Part shown: positions 9,912 through 18,782 of the stretch, piece by piece | Numbering within the stretch: the stretch's first letter is position 1 | How the letters are laid out: the number at the start of each line of letters is the position of its first letter | NCBI GenBank assembly: GCA_965205525.1 | Contig: OZ242171.1 | Coordinates: forward strand, 6,289 to 70,288 | DNA: 64,000 bases | Direction of reading: 5' to 3' | Source of the DNA: Gammaproteobacteria bacterium | Lineage (GTDB): Bacteria; Pseudomonadota; Gammaproteobacteria; JABABF01 | Made by a program: the position numbers and the translations under genes | The notes under the pieces: model-generated | Told to the model about the DNA's origin: nothing | The model's database searches: none | The model's input: the letters and a program-made list of their open reading frames with translations, nothing else

Positions 9912-10547
9912 GTGAGAGCACAAAATACAGCCGCCAGCCTGCTGGCAACCCTGCTATTGTCGGCGCTGGCATTTCAGGCTGTTCCGGCTGAAGAGGGGGC
10001 AGGAGGAGACCCGGCGGCGGGGCGCAGCAAGGCGGAGCTTTGCGTGGCCTGCCACAACAGCGATGGCAACAGCGTGGTGCCTGTCTGGCCCAAGCTGGCT
10101 GGTCAGGGCGAGAAATACCTGCTGCGGCAGATGCGTGCCATCAAGAGCGGTGCCTGGCCCATACCGGAGATGGCAGGACAGCTGGACATCTTCAGCGACC
10201 AGGACCTGCAGGATATTGCCGCTTTTTATGCCGGACAGGCCATGAGCCCGGGTGCGGCCGACCCGGAGCTGGCTGCCCTCGGGCAGCAGGTATACCGGGG
10301 CGGTATCCGGGCACGGGGCGTGCCCTCCTGCACCTCCTGCCATGCTCCGGATGGTGCCGGCAACTACGCGGCGGGCTATCCGCGTCTGGCGGGGCAGCAT
10401 GCAGAGTATATTAAAGAGCGCTTGGAGGAATACCGCGAGGGCGAAGAGATTTACGATGAGGTCTCTTCAATCATGGCCGAAATCGCAGCCCCCATGACTA
10501 CACTTGAAATTAAGGCAGTGGCCAGCTACATCGCTGGACTGCGCTGA
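9912..10547 (+). CDS. Dihaem cytochrome c4
   Basis: Two CxxCH motifs (CVACH, CTSCH) in a ~200-aa secreted protein. Classic c4 domain duplication. Confidence 0.85.
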   Translation: MRAQNTAASLLATLLLSALAFQAVPAEEGAGGDPAAGRSKAELCVACHNSDGNSVVPVWPKLAGQGEKYLLRQMRAIKSGAWPIPEMAGQLDIFSDQDLQDIAAFYAGQAMSPGAADPELAALGQQVYRGGIRARGVPSCTSCHAPDGAGNYAAGYPRLAGQHAEYIKERLEEYREGEEIYDEVSSIMAEIAAPMTTLEIKAVASYIAGLR

Positions 10548-10566
10548 GCGACTGGAGGCTGTGCCG

Positions 10567-11367
10567 ATGAAACATCTTTTCCTTTTTCTTTCTGTTTTTC
10601 TGCTCCTGCTGACGCCGTTTCCGAGCAGTGCTCAATTTTTAAATACAGACAAGGGGGAGAATGAATTTGAACAGGGCGTTGATTATGAACTGCTAGGTTC
10701 TCCGCAGCCGGTCCGCGATCCCAGCCGTGTTGAGGTCCTTGAGTTTTTCTGGTACGGATGCCCGGCCTGCTACAGGCTTGAGCCTGTGCTTCGCGCATGG
10801 GTAAATCGCCAGCCGGAGGACGTGCTGTTCCAGGAGATCCCCGCCGTTTGGAATCCGATCTTGGAGACGCATGCCCGCGCCTACTACACGGCCCGCGCCC
10901 TGGGCGTTTTGGAGAAACTGCATTTTGACACCTTTGTCCGGCTAGTCCGGGAAGGCGAGCCGCTGAACAACAAGGCGCAAATCCGCAAGTTTTTCGCTCT
11001 GCACAATGTGGCGGCAGAGGACTTTAATCGTGCTTGGGCTTCTTTTGGAGTGCGCTCCGCCGTGCGTCAGGCAGCAGCCCGGATGCGCCGCTATGGAGTG
11101 CAGGGCACGCCGATCATCGTAGTGCACGGCAAGTACCTTGTGCAGTCTGCAAGAAATACCGCCAAGATGCTTCGCATAGTGGACCATCTGGTGGAGCGAG
11201 AGCGAATCGCATTGCTGCCGTCAAATACGCCGAGGAAATCTCCGGCCTCGGTGCCCGCGCCAGAGGATGGAAAGAAATCGGCTGAAAAAACCGCGGCGCC
11301 TGTGCCCAAGAAAAGCCCGGCACAGAAGCCAGCTGCAAAAAAGCCGCCTTCGTCTAAGGCTCCCTGA
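10567..11367 (+). CDS. dsbA: DsbA-like thiol:disulfide oxidoreductase with Pro/Lys/Ala-rich C-terminal tail
   Basis: Signal peptide and thioredoxin-fold active site FFWYGCPACY (CPAC rather than CPHC). The c4-dsbA adjacency is as in pseudomonads. The ~60-aa low-complexity KP/A-rich C-terminal extension is unusual. Start taken at MKHLF (10567) rather than 10504. Confidence 0.75.
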   Translation: MKHLFLFLSVFLLLLTPFPSSAQFLNTDKGENEFEQGVDYELLGSPQPVRDPSRVEVLEFFWYGCPACYRLEPVLRAWVNRQPEDVLFQEIPAVWNPILETHARAYYTARALGVLEKLHFDTFVRLVREGEPLNNKAQIRKFFALHNVAAEDFNRAWASFGVRSAVRQAAARMRRYGVQGTPIIVVHGKYLVQSARNTAKMLRIVDHLVERERIALLPSNTPRKSPASVPAPEDGKKSAEKTAAPVPKKSPAQKPAAKKPPSSKAP

Positions 11368-11444
11368 CAGCACTTTTCGCTGGTCGGAAAATGCTAGAAT
11401 AAACTGCGTCAGTGAAAGTAAGCAATAAGTGCTGAGGAGCAACC

Positions 11445-11768
11445 ATGACTTTTGTCGTTGGCGAAAGCTGTATCCGCTGTAAGCATACTGATTGTGTGGA
11501 AGTCTGCCCTGTGGACTGCTTTTACGAGGGGCCGAACTTTCTGGTCATCCACCCCGATGAATGCATAGACTGCGCCCTGTGCGAGCCGGAATGCCCTGTG
11601 GATGCAATCTATTCTGAGGACGAGCTGCCCGAAGACCAGCAGGATTTTATGGAGCTGAACGCAGAGCTGGCAAACCTGTGGCCCAATATTACGGAGAAGA
11701 AAGACGCTCTCCCGGATGCGAAGAAATGGGCCGAAATATCTGAGAAGCGGCAGCACTTAGAGCGCTGA
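11445..11768 (+). CDS. fdxA: 7Fe ferredoxin (Azotobacter FdxA type, [3Fe-4S][4Fe-4S])
   Basis: Cys pattern C8..C16..C20 plus C39xxCxxC45xxxCP and 107-aa length are diagnostic of ferredoxin I. Confidence 0.9.
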   Translation: MTFVVGESCIRCKHTDCVEVCPVDCFYEGPNFLVIHPDECIDCALCEPECPVDAIYSEDELPEDQQDFMELNAELANLWPNITEKKDALPDAKKWAEISEKRQHLER

Positions 11769-11799
11769 CAGCACTGCCTGCTCTGCCTGGCGCGGCCTC

Positions 11800-11880
11800 C
11801 TTGACTGCCGATATCGGCACTCCATAAAAAAGGGCGGGCCGAAGGAGGGCGGTCTTCCCCTCCGGCCCGCTGCGCTCCTG
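11800..11880. terminator. GC-rich imperfect hairpin between convergent fdxA and acyltransferase genes (possible bidirectional terminator)
   Basis: gggcgggccgaaggagggcggtcttcccctccggcccgc forms an imperfect stem-loop in the convergent intergenic region. It was not folded computationally. Confidence 0.3.
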
Positions 11881-12103
11881 CGCAATTTTCCACTTCCCAT
11901 GTGGTGACAGGCAGCCATGCCTGCCTTCCTACGGCCTCCATGTTTCGAGGGTTAGTTTGCCCCTTGGAAGGGGGTAAATACAAGGGTAGAGAGCGTAATT
12001 CGCAGAAGTTAAATTAACTTTAGGTTTAGAGGAGATAAACGCATAAGGTCTTTTTTATTTTAGAAATTAACGGCAATATATTGATTTAAAGAACATAACC
12101 CTT

Positions 12104-12979
12104 CTAGTGAGGTATGGGCTCTGTCAGCAAGGGCTCCTGTGGCTGGCGCGGATATTTCCAGAGATTCATGGTCCACAGCCAGCATGCGGGCTGTGCTTGG
12201 ATTGCGTTTTCCAAGGCCCTGGCATATTGCACCAGCACCCCGGTGCCGTCTTTGGAGTAGGGGGGCTGGGCGATCTTTTTCAAGGACAGGACAAAATGCC
12301 CACGTCCTCTCCTGCGAACAAAGGCAAAGAGTACAGGGCTGTTCAGGAGCCGCGGCAGCTTGTCTATGCCGGTATGGAAAGGGGTGTCACGGCCCAGCAA
12401 GCGCGTCCAGTGCTTACCCCCTTTCTGCCAGGGGCGCTGCTCCGCAAAGAGCATCAGTAATCCCGGGTGCTTGCTGCTTCGCAGTATCTTTCTGGGCGAG
12501 ATATTGTCGGGGATCATCCTAGGCCCCGTGCGGGTCCTGGTTTCCAGGAAAAATCTTTCCCATAGGGGGCTATGCAGGGGGCGATAAAAGCTGGAAATCT
12601 CAAGATCCGGGCGGGCCAGCGACAATGCCAGTGCCGGGATTTCCCAGTTGGCCAGATGACAGCCGAGATAGATAACTTGCCGATGCTCCGCCGTGCAGGC
12701 ATCCAGCTCATCCAGACCCTGTATTTCCACTCGCTCCTGTATTTCTGTGAGGGGCATGGTGCGGGCCCGAAGAGCTTCACAGGCGAGAGCGCCCAAGTGC
12801 CGATAAAAATCTCGGCGGATAGCCGCCCGCTTCCTTTCGCTGAGTTCCGGGAATGCGCGGCGAAGGTTTTCCGTTACCAGCCGGCGGCGATAAAAGCAGC
12901 TGCCGAGCAGGGCCAGCAGCGGTGCGATAAGCGTATAAAGCAGCGGCAGCGGCAGCGCTGCCGAGAGGAGTCGCAGCAT
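12104..12979 (-). CDS. Lipid A biosynthesis (Kdo2-lipid IVA) acyltransferase, LpxL/HtrB family
   Basis: N-terminal membrane anchor and LPLAT-family architecture typical of late acyltransferases. It lies in an LPS/envelope-rich neighbourhood. Family-level call only. Confidence 0.6.
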   Translation of the reverse strand: MLRLLSAALPLPLLYTLIAPLLALLGSCFYRRRLVTENLRRAFPELSERKRAAIRRDFYRHLGALACEALRARTMPLTEIQERVEIQGLDELDACTAEHRQVIYLGCHLANWEIPALALSLARPDLEISSFYRPLHSPLWERFFLETRTRTGPRMIPDNISPRKILRSSKHPGLLMLFAEQRPWQKGGKHWTRLLGRDTPFHTGIDKLPRLLNSPVLFAFVRRRGRGHFVLSLKKIAQPPYSKDGTGVLVQYARALENAIQAQPACWLWTMNLWKYPRQPQEPLLTEPIPH

Positions 12980-13131
12980 GGTTGTCAGTGGCGGACGGGA
13001 AGCAGCAGAGATAGATGAAGGCCGTTCATGAAGGCCGTTGCAGGGCAGACGGGGGAGTGTAGCCTAAAAATAAAGCAGAGTAAGGGGAGCCGCCGGGCCA
13101 GCATTTCGCATGGCCCGACGGCTCACCTGCT

Positions 13132-13169
13132 GGCCCGGGACTTTATAGGGGGGGGGGGGGTCCCGGGCC
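13132..13169. terminator. Perfect 10-bp-stem hairpin whose loop contains a G13 homopolymer, at the 3' end of the TonB receptor gene
   Basis: ggcccgggac-tttataG(13)-gtcccgggcc read directly from the sequence, with a G run at 13148..13160. There is no U-tract, so a classical intrinsic terminator is uncertain. Confidence 0.5.
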
Positions 13170-13179
13170 CGCTCGCAAA

Positions 13180-15309
13180 CTAGAAACTCAGGCGAGTAAT
13201 CAGTTCAAAGGAACGGCCCGCTTCCGGCGCCGAGTCCCGTATGAAAGAAGTCGCATTGCGCACCTCTTCGTCCAGCAGGTTGCTGCCGCGCAGCTGCACT
13301 GACCAGAGGCCGCGCCAGCTTTCCGGAGACTGCCAGCGCAGGGCAGCAGACAGCAGGGTATGCCCTTCGGTGGACTCCTCGTTTCTGCCGGGCCGGTCCT
13401 GCTCTTCCACTTCCATCAGCTGCACATGCCCGGACCAGGCGCTGCGCTGGTATTCCAGTCTCAGGCCATAGCGCAGCGGGGGCAGCCGCGGCACATCGCC
13501 GCCCTCATCCAGCTCACCGCGCACATAATCGGAAAGCAAGGCAAGCCGGAAGTCGCGGCCCAATGTGCGGGAGAGTTCCAGTTCTGCGCCGTGGAAAGAT
13601 GCCTCCTCTTGCCGGTACAGGAATAAGGGTGTGCAGCCGTGCTCTTCGGCTTCGCAGGATTCCTCATCTGCAAATTCCTCTCCATCCTCCGATACCCAGA
13701 TGCCCTGACCGGCTTCGTAGATATAGTCATCAAATTTCCGCCGAAACAGATTCAGCGTGCCGCCGTAGGGACCTCGGCTCCACTCAATTCCTATTTCCGC
13801 GTCAAGCAGCGTCTCGCGTTTCAGTGTGGGATCACCTCGCTCGTAAGTGCCCGTGGCTATATGGGGACCGCAGGCAAATAGTTCTTCCACCGTGGGCGCA
13901 CGCTGTGAGCGGCTCAGGGAAGTGCGCAGCCGTCCATCCCCGAGATGACGTATCCCGGCGATGGAGAAGCTGACCAAATCATGTTCGGCATCTTTGAAAA
14001 GGCAGATGTCTTCAGGGAATTGATCACTCTGGGGCGAGATTTCTGTTTCCTGTCTCTCCCAGCGTCCCCCGATTTCCAGCAGCCATTTTTCCCAATGGAA
14101 ATCCTCCAGCAGGAATAGAGCCCAGGAGCGAATGTCCGAGCGGGGCACAAAGCTTTCCTCTCCCTCTGCCGAAAAATCACTGTTCCTCAGATGCAGACCG
14201 ATAACGCCGAAATGGCTTTCGTCACGTTGATGGAGCAGCTCTGTGCGCAGCTCTGTGCTCTCGTTTTCGTAGCGAGTGGCGGCGCTTCCTCCTTCTATTT
14301 CATCGTGACGATAATCGCTGTATCCCAGAGAGAAGCGCAGGTCATAGGTGCGTTCTTCGCCTGTTCCCGAAAAGAGGTCCATTACGGCACCGCGCAGGCT
14401 GAGGCGGGTATGCTCCAGGTCAATGCGGACATTGTGATCTTCTTCCTCCTCCTCCTCTTCTTCGTGCTCTTCTTCTTCGTGGGCATGCACGCTGCCGGGT
14501 ATGCCGTATTTATTCACCAGGTGGTTCACCGAAAAACCTGCGAAGCCCCAGTCCCTCACCAGGGATGCACCTAGGGTGCCACTTCTGGCACGGCTGGCGG
14601 TGTTCCTGATGAAGCCATGGGTATTCGGCTCCTCCTCTTCGTGCTCTTCTGCTTCCTCTGCCGCCGCCGTTTCACGAGAGGCATATCCATCAATTTCAAT
14701 GTTGTTGCTTTCCCGGTACAGACCATCCAGATGCCAGGCAAAATCGCCTGCGCCGCCGTCAAGGGTAAATACACCGGCATCCCGGTCCGCCGCAGTGCCG
14801 TGGCGCAATTCCAGCCCGCCCTGCAGTTTCTCCGGCACGATGTCGGGAATGCTATTGTCCAGCACGTTTACCGTGCCGCCGATGGCGCGGCCGCTGTAGA
14901 GCAGCACCGCTGGGCCGCGCAGCACCTCAATGCGCTGCGCCAGCAAAGGCTCCAGCGACAGGGCGTGGTCCTGGCTGACGCCGGAGACATCCAGGGTGGC
15001 GAGGCCGTTCTGCAGGACGGCTACCCGGTCTCCGCTCTGTCCGCGGATTACGGGCAGTCCGACACCAGGTCCGAAAGTGGTGGCGCGAATGCCGAGCTCT
15101 TCTTGAAGGGTTTCTCCCAAGGTGTCGGCGGCGCGCTCTCGCAGTTTTTCACCAGATAGGGTGTTGACCGCATAGGCAGTATCTCGGCGCGCGTGGAGCT
15201 GAGGCACACTGACGATGGTCTCCTCCATGGGGGAGACGGAGAGAGGCTGGGCCTCAGATAGAGAGCCAAGAGCCAGGACCAGCAGTCCCGGAAGGAAAAT
15301 TTTGCGCAT
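13180..15309 (-). CDS. TonB-dependent outer-membrane receptor with His/Glu-rich loops (zinc/metal uptake, ZnuD-like)
   Basis: Signal peptide, plug domain motifs and C-terminal ...FELITRLSF terminal Phe. Two acidic/His clusters (EEAEEHEEEEPNTHGF and HAHEEEEHEEEEEEEEDHN) resemble the metal-binding loops of Zur-regulated TonB receptors. Confidence 0.85.
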   Translation of the reverse strand: MRKIFLPGLLVLALGSLSEAQPLSVSPMEETIVSVPQLHARRDTAYAVNTLSGEKLRERAADTLGETLQEELGIRATTFGPGVGLPVIRGQSGDRVAVLQNGLATLDVSGVSQDHALSLEPLLAQRIEVLRGPAVLLYSGRAIGGTVNVLDNSIPDIVPEKLQGGLELRHGTAADRDAGVFTLDGGAGDFAWHLDGLYRESNNIEIDGYASRETAAAEEAEEHEEEEPNTHGFIRNTASRARSGTLGASLVRDWGFAGFSVNHLVNKYGIPGSVHAHEEEEHEEEEEEEEDHNVRIDLEHTRLSLRGAVMDLFSGTGEERTYDLRFSLGYSDYRHDEIEGGSAATRYENESTELRTELLHQRDESHFGVIGLHLRNSDFSAEGEESFVPRSDIRSWALFLLEDFHWEKWLLEIGGRWERQETEISPQSDQFPEDICLFKDAEHDLVSFSIAGIRHLGDGRLRTSLSRSQRAPTVEELFACGPHIATGTYERGDPTLKRETLLDAEIGIEWSRGPYGGTLNLFRRKFDDYIYEAGQGIWVSEDGEEFADEESCEAEEHGCTPLFLYRQEEASFHGAELELSRTLGRDFRLALLSDYVRGELDEGGDVPRLPPLRYGLRLEYQRSAWSGHVQLMEVEEQDRPGRNEESTEGHTLLSAALRWQSPESWRGLWSVQLRGSNLLDEEVRNATSFIRDSAPEAGRSFELITRLSF

Positions 15310-15310
15310 A

Positions 15311-15329
15311 GATATTACATCGCTATATC
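15311..15329. promoter_or_regulatory. Inverted repeat GATAT-N9-ATATC immediately upstream of the TonB receptor start (candidate metalloregulator operator)
   Basis: gatattacatcgctatatc lies 2-20 nt upstream of the ATG. The outer half-sites are palindromic. It has only loose resemblance to Zur/Fur boxes. Confidence 0.25.
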
Positions 15330-15775
15330 AAAAAATACGGGCGCACGCACCGCCGCTGGCGGCGCGTTCGCAGTGATTTTCAGGAAACCGTCTTAGGAGA
15401 CGGGAGGTGCGCGAGGCTGGGTATGATGAAGTAGAAATTGCTGGCGCGGGACCGCGCAGGCAGCAGATGGGCAAAGGTTTTTGCCCGTGAATATCGTTGG
15501 TGCCGCAGCGATTTCTCCGACGTCCGCATATTCCGTCGCAGAGGAAGCGATGCAGGCTTGGCACTCGGCAACCGGCGCCTCCCCATTGTCATGGAGATGT
15601 ATCGCCTGTATGCCTGTGCCCCACAGCAGCAGGAGAGACAGCGCGAAAAAGCGGGTTATTTTCAACTTGTCCGTTCGGCGAATACTAAAAGAATAAATCT
15701 CTCTCATCACATAACCATGGAGCAGGCTGCAAGATTTGTCAACCCCCGAAGGGGCACGCTTGTTACCATACAGCC

Positions 15776-16573
15776 ATGGACTCAGACCGCCTGCTTCTCC
15801 CTCTGGCCTGCCTGCCGGAGGCTCCCCTCTCTGAACAGCTGTCCGCTGCTGCCGGAGCCGGGTTTCAGCGCATATCCCTCTGGGGCACTCATTTGGAAAC
15901 GGCCCTCGGAAGCGGCGAAAGTCTGCAATCTATTGCCGGCATGATAGCGGATCATGGCCTTCGTCTGGATGTCTTTGAAGCCCTCAGCGCGTGGGCCCTG
16001 GGGCGGGACGAAGCCCTTGCCGAGGCGGAGCTTTTTGCCGAGCGAGCAGCAGCTCTGGGTGCGAAAACCTTGGTGGCTGCGCCGATGGTGAGAGAGTTTC
16101 GCGATCCGGAGAGGGTGGGAGAACTGCTTCGTGCCAGTTGGCGCATCGCGAGCCGAAGCGGTATTCGCTTGGCACTGGAGCCCTTGCCCTGGAGCCCCCT
16201 TGGCGATGCAGCTGCGGCACTGGACTTTCTGGATTCCGCGGGCTGTGCCGAGGTGTCGCTGGTCATTGACAGCTGGCACTGGCACCGGACCGGTGCCGAT
16301 CGGGCCGGGCTCGTCGCCGCCCAAGGGCGGGTCGCGCTGGTACAGATCAGCGATGCTCTGTCCGAGCCGCTGGATGACGTTATCGTTGAAACCATGCATC
16401 GGCGACTGCTGCCCGGCGAGGGGGTCTGTGACATAAGCGGCCTGCTGGAGGCGCTGGGTGTGGCCGAGGCAAGTTATCCTGTCGCCATTGAGGTGCTGAG
16501 CGACGAGATCAGGGCCTGTTCCCCGGCAGATGCTGCAGACATATTGATGCATCATCTCAAGTCCGTGACCTGA
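15776..16573 (+). CDS. Sugar phosphate isomerase/epimerase (xylose isomerase-like TIM barrel)
   Basis: Family-level similarity: alternating hydrophobic beta/alpha segments with conserved E/D/H metal ligands (ALEPLPW, DSWHWHR), 265 aa. Confidence 0.6.
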   Translation: MDSDRLLLPLACLPEAPLSEQLSAAAGAGFQRISLWGTHLETALGSGESLQSIAGMIADHGLRLDVFEALSAWALGRDEALAEAELFAERAAALGAKTLVAAPMVREFRDPERVGELLRASWRIASRSGIRLALEPLPWSPLGDAAAALDFLDSAGCAEVSLVIDSWHWHRTGADRAGLVAAQGRVALVQISDALSEPLDDVIVETMHRRLLPGEGVCDISGLLEALGVAEASYPVAIEVLSDEIRACSPADAADILMHHLKSVT

Positions 16574-16622
16574 TTTTTATCCCGACAACCCGTACGCTTT
16601 TTTTATCCAACCGGTACCGCCC

Positions 16623-18143
16623 ATGCCCGAACGGTCTTGGCCTGACCCCATCCTTCCAGGGGTGGAGCATCACATGCTCCCTGTTGGGGATATCCGCATG
16701 CATATTGCGGTGCAGGGCGAAGGGCCGCTGGCGGTGCTGTGTCACGGTTTTCCCGGGCTGTGGTTCAGCTGGCGGCACCAGCTGTCTGCCATCGCAGATT
16801 GCGGCTGGAGGGCCGTGGCCGTGGATCACCGGGGCTATGGCCGCACTGATCGTCCGACAGACATCAGAAGCTACGCCGCTGATCAGGCGATTGCAGACAT
16901 GCTGCATCTTCTGGATGCCCTGGGGGAAGGGCAGGCGGTTTTCATCGGACATGATTTCGGTGCCCAGCTCGTTTGGAACCTGGCTGTTCGGGCGCCGGAA
17001 CATGTGCTGGGGGTGGCGGCCTTGAGCTGTCCCTACGATTTTGATCTCGCCGGGCGCAGCGGCGCCGGACGAAAGCCTGGCGCGGAATACCCGCCGGATG
17101 ATCCCCTCGCCTTTGCCTCTCCCCATATACCTCCTAGCGCTGCATTTGCCGCGCTGGCGAAGAAGCATTTTTTCCATATGCATTATTTTCAGAAACAGGG
17201 TCCTCCAGAGCGTGAACTGGGGAGCAGCCCGGCACTTTTTTTGAAAAAACTTTTCTGGGCGCTGAGTGCCGAGGGCAACCTGCTGGATTGGAGCCGCTAT
17301 CCCTCCGAGGGGACCGGCTACTTGGATGTGCTGGCCGAGCCCGAAAGAGATCTGCCCTGGGAGTGGCTCGGGTCTCAGGAGTTTGACTATTTCCTGGCCG
17401 AATACACTCGCACCGGAGCGGGCAGTGCTTTTATCGGCGGTCTCAACTCCTACCGGGTGGCGGACCTGAACTGGGAGCTGGGCCGGCCTTGGGCCGATGC
17501 CGATGTGAAGAAGCCCGCGCTGTTTATCGCGGGCAGAGAGGATGCGGTCCTGAAGATGATCCGCCCAGATGCGCTGGAGATCATGCGTCGGCGGGTGCCG
17601 GGCTTGCGGGGGATTTTGCTGATTCCCGGTGCCGGACACTTCGTGCAGCAGGAGAAGCCCGTTGCGGTAAATCGCGCGCTCGGGAAATTTCTGGAAGAAT
17701 TGCAGCGCTCACAATCACTTGAACAGACGGTAACAGATTTACAGCCTCCTGCGCATATCTTGTGTTTGGTGTGCGTCGCTCAAGCTGACCGCCAGAAGCC
17801 GTCCGCAGTGCGGCAAAATGCAGATAAGAATAGGATAAATAAAGGAGTTTTCCTGACCCTCTCAGCACATATGAGCATTGTCAGTGATTATGGCGGAGAG
17901 GGAGGGATTCGAACCCCCGGACCACTTGCGAGGTCAGCGATTTTCGAGACCGCCCCGTTCGACCACTCCGGCACCTCTCCTTCTGGAATAGCTATTTTAT
18001 ACTTTCAGCCCCAGCCGCCGGGCAGCGGTCTTGTAAGACTCCACCACATCGCCCAGATCCTGGCGAAAACGATCTTTGTCCAGGCTCTCTCTCGTCTCGG
18101 TATCCCACAGCCGGCAGCCGTCCGGTGTGAATTCATCGCCTAG
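16623..18143 (+). CDS. Alpha/beta hydrolase (epoxide hydrolase-like) with an abnormal C-terminal readthrough
   Basis: [10 protein letters not shown] oxyanion motif, nucleophile context GHDFGAQ, cap-domain Tyr residues and catalytic His in GHFVQQE about 40 aa from the expected C-terminus (~17720). The frame nevertheless stays open to 18143, across an antisense tRNA-Ser and into antisense purC. Confidence 0.65.
   Translation: MPERSWPDPILPGVEHHMLPVGDIRMHIAVQGEGPLAVLCHGFPGLWFSWRHQLSAIADCGWRAVAVDHRGYGRTDRPTDIRSYAADQAIADMLHLLDALGEGQAVFIGHDFGAQLVWNLAVRAPEHVLGVAALSCPYDFDLAGRSGAGRKPGAEYPPDDPLAFASPHIPPSAAFAALAKKHFFHMHYFQKQGPPERELGSSPALFLKKLFWALSAEGNLLDWSRYPSEGTGYLDVLAEPERDLPWEWLGSQEFDYFLAEYTRTGAGSAFIGGLNSYRVADLNWELGRPWADADVKKPALFIAGREDAVLKMIRPDALEIMRRRVPGLRGILLIPGAGHFVQQEKPVAVNRALGKFLEELQRSQSLEQTVTDLQPPAHILCLVCVAQADRQKPSAVRQNADKNRINKGVFLTLSAHMSIVSDYGGEGGIRTPGPLARSAIFETAPFDHSGTSPSGIAILYFQPQPPGSGLVRLHHIAQILAKTIFVQALSRLGIPQPAAVRCEFIA
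17891..17980 (-). tRNA. tRNA-Ser (anticodon CGA) with long variable arm and encoded CCA
   Basis: The reverse complement GGAGAGGTGCCGGAGTGGTCGAACGG...GCGGTCTCGAAAATCGC...GGTTCGAATCCCTCCCTCTCCGCCA folds as a type-II tRNA. The anticodon loop CTCGAAA gives CGA. Confidence 0.85.
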
Positions 18144-18710
18144 GGTGAGTGCGCCCCGATACATGCCAAACTCCAGTTTGTAGTCCACCAGCAGCATGTT
18201 TCCCGCTTTGAAGATTCCCTTTAGCACTTCGTTTACCTGCAATGTCAGCTCCCGTCCCCGCTCCAGCTGCTCGGCATTGCCCCAGCCGAAGGAGACCACA
18301 TGGGATTCATTGATCATCGGGTCGTGCAGCTCATCGTTCTTGTAGAACAATTCAAAGACAGGGGGCTGCAATTCCGTGCCTGCCTTGATGCCAAGCCGCT
18401 TGCACAGGCTGCCGGCGGCTATGTTGCGCACTACAAACTCCACCGGCAGCATGTCCAGGTGTTTGACCAGCGCTTCGTTTTCAGACAGGCACTGTTCAAA
18501 ATGGGTGGGGATGCCAGCCTTCTCCAGCTTTTCCATGATGAAGGCATTGAACAGGTTATTGACCCGGCCCTTGTCCTGCAGCTTCTCTGTCTTGGCACCG
18601 TCAAAGGCGGAGGTGTCGTCCCGGAAGAGCAGGACCAGACGCTCCGGGTCATCCGTGGCGTGCACGGACTTGGCCTTGCCGGAAAATAGTTGCTTTCCTA
18701 TCTGGGGCAT
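17997..18710 (-). CDS. purC: Phosphoribosylaminoimidazole-succinocarboxamide synthase PurC
   Basis: SAICAR synthetase motifs ([15 protein letters not shown]). Start taken at MPQIGK (18710), with the ORF extending to 18752. Sits in bamC-purC synteny. Confidence 0.9.
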   Translation of the reverse strand: MPQIGKQLFSGKAKSVHATDDPERLVLLFRDDTSAFDGAKTEKLQDKGRVNNLFNAFIMEKLEKAGIPTHFEQCLSENEALVKHLDMLPVEFVVRNIAAGSLCKRLGIKAGTELQPPVFELFYKNDELHDPMINESHVVSFGWGNAEQLERGRELTLQVNEVLKGIFKAGNMLLVDYKLEFGMYRGALTLGDEFTPDGCRLWDTETRESLDKDRFRQDLGDVVESYKTAARRLGLKV

Positions 18711-18782
18711 ATTGCTTAAATCTCGTTTTTCAGCGGTGACAAAAGCAGACAAAAAGATTCGCCTGCAGGAATAGAGCGGCTC

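Noticed and set aside
13148-13160. G13 tract as a classic phase-variation switch of the TonB receptor
   Set aside because: The tract lies downstream of the receptor stop codon, not in its promoter or 5' coding region, so a simple on/off translational switch is not supported. It is kept as a finding for hypermutability and termination only.
17891-17980. tRNA-Ser as an integration site of a genomic island
   Set aside because: Flanking genes are core (hydrolase, purC-bamC-dapA). There is no integrase, no direct repeat of the tRNA 3' end, and no compositional shift next to it.
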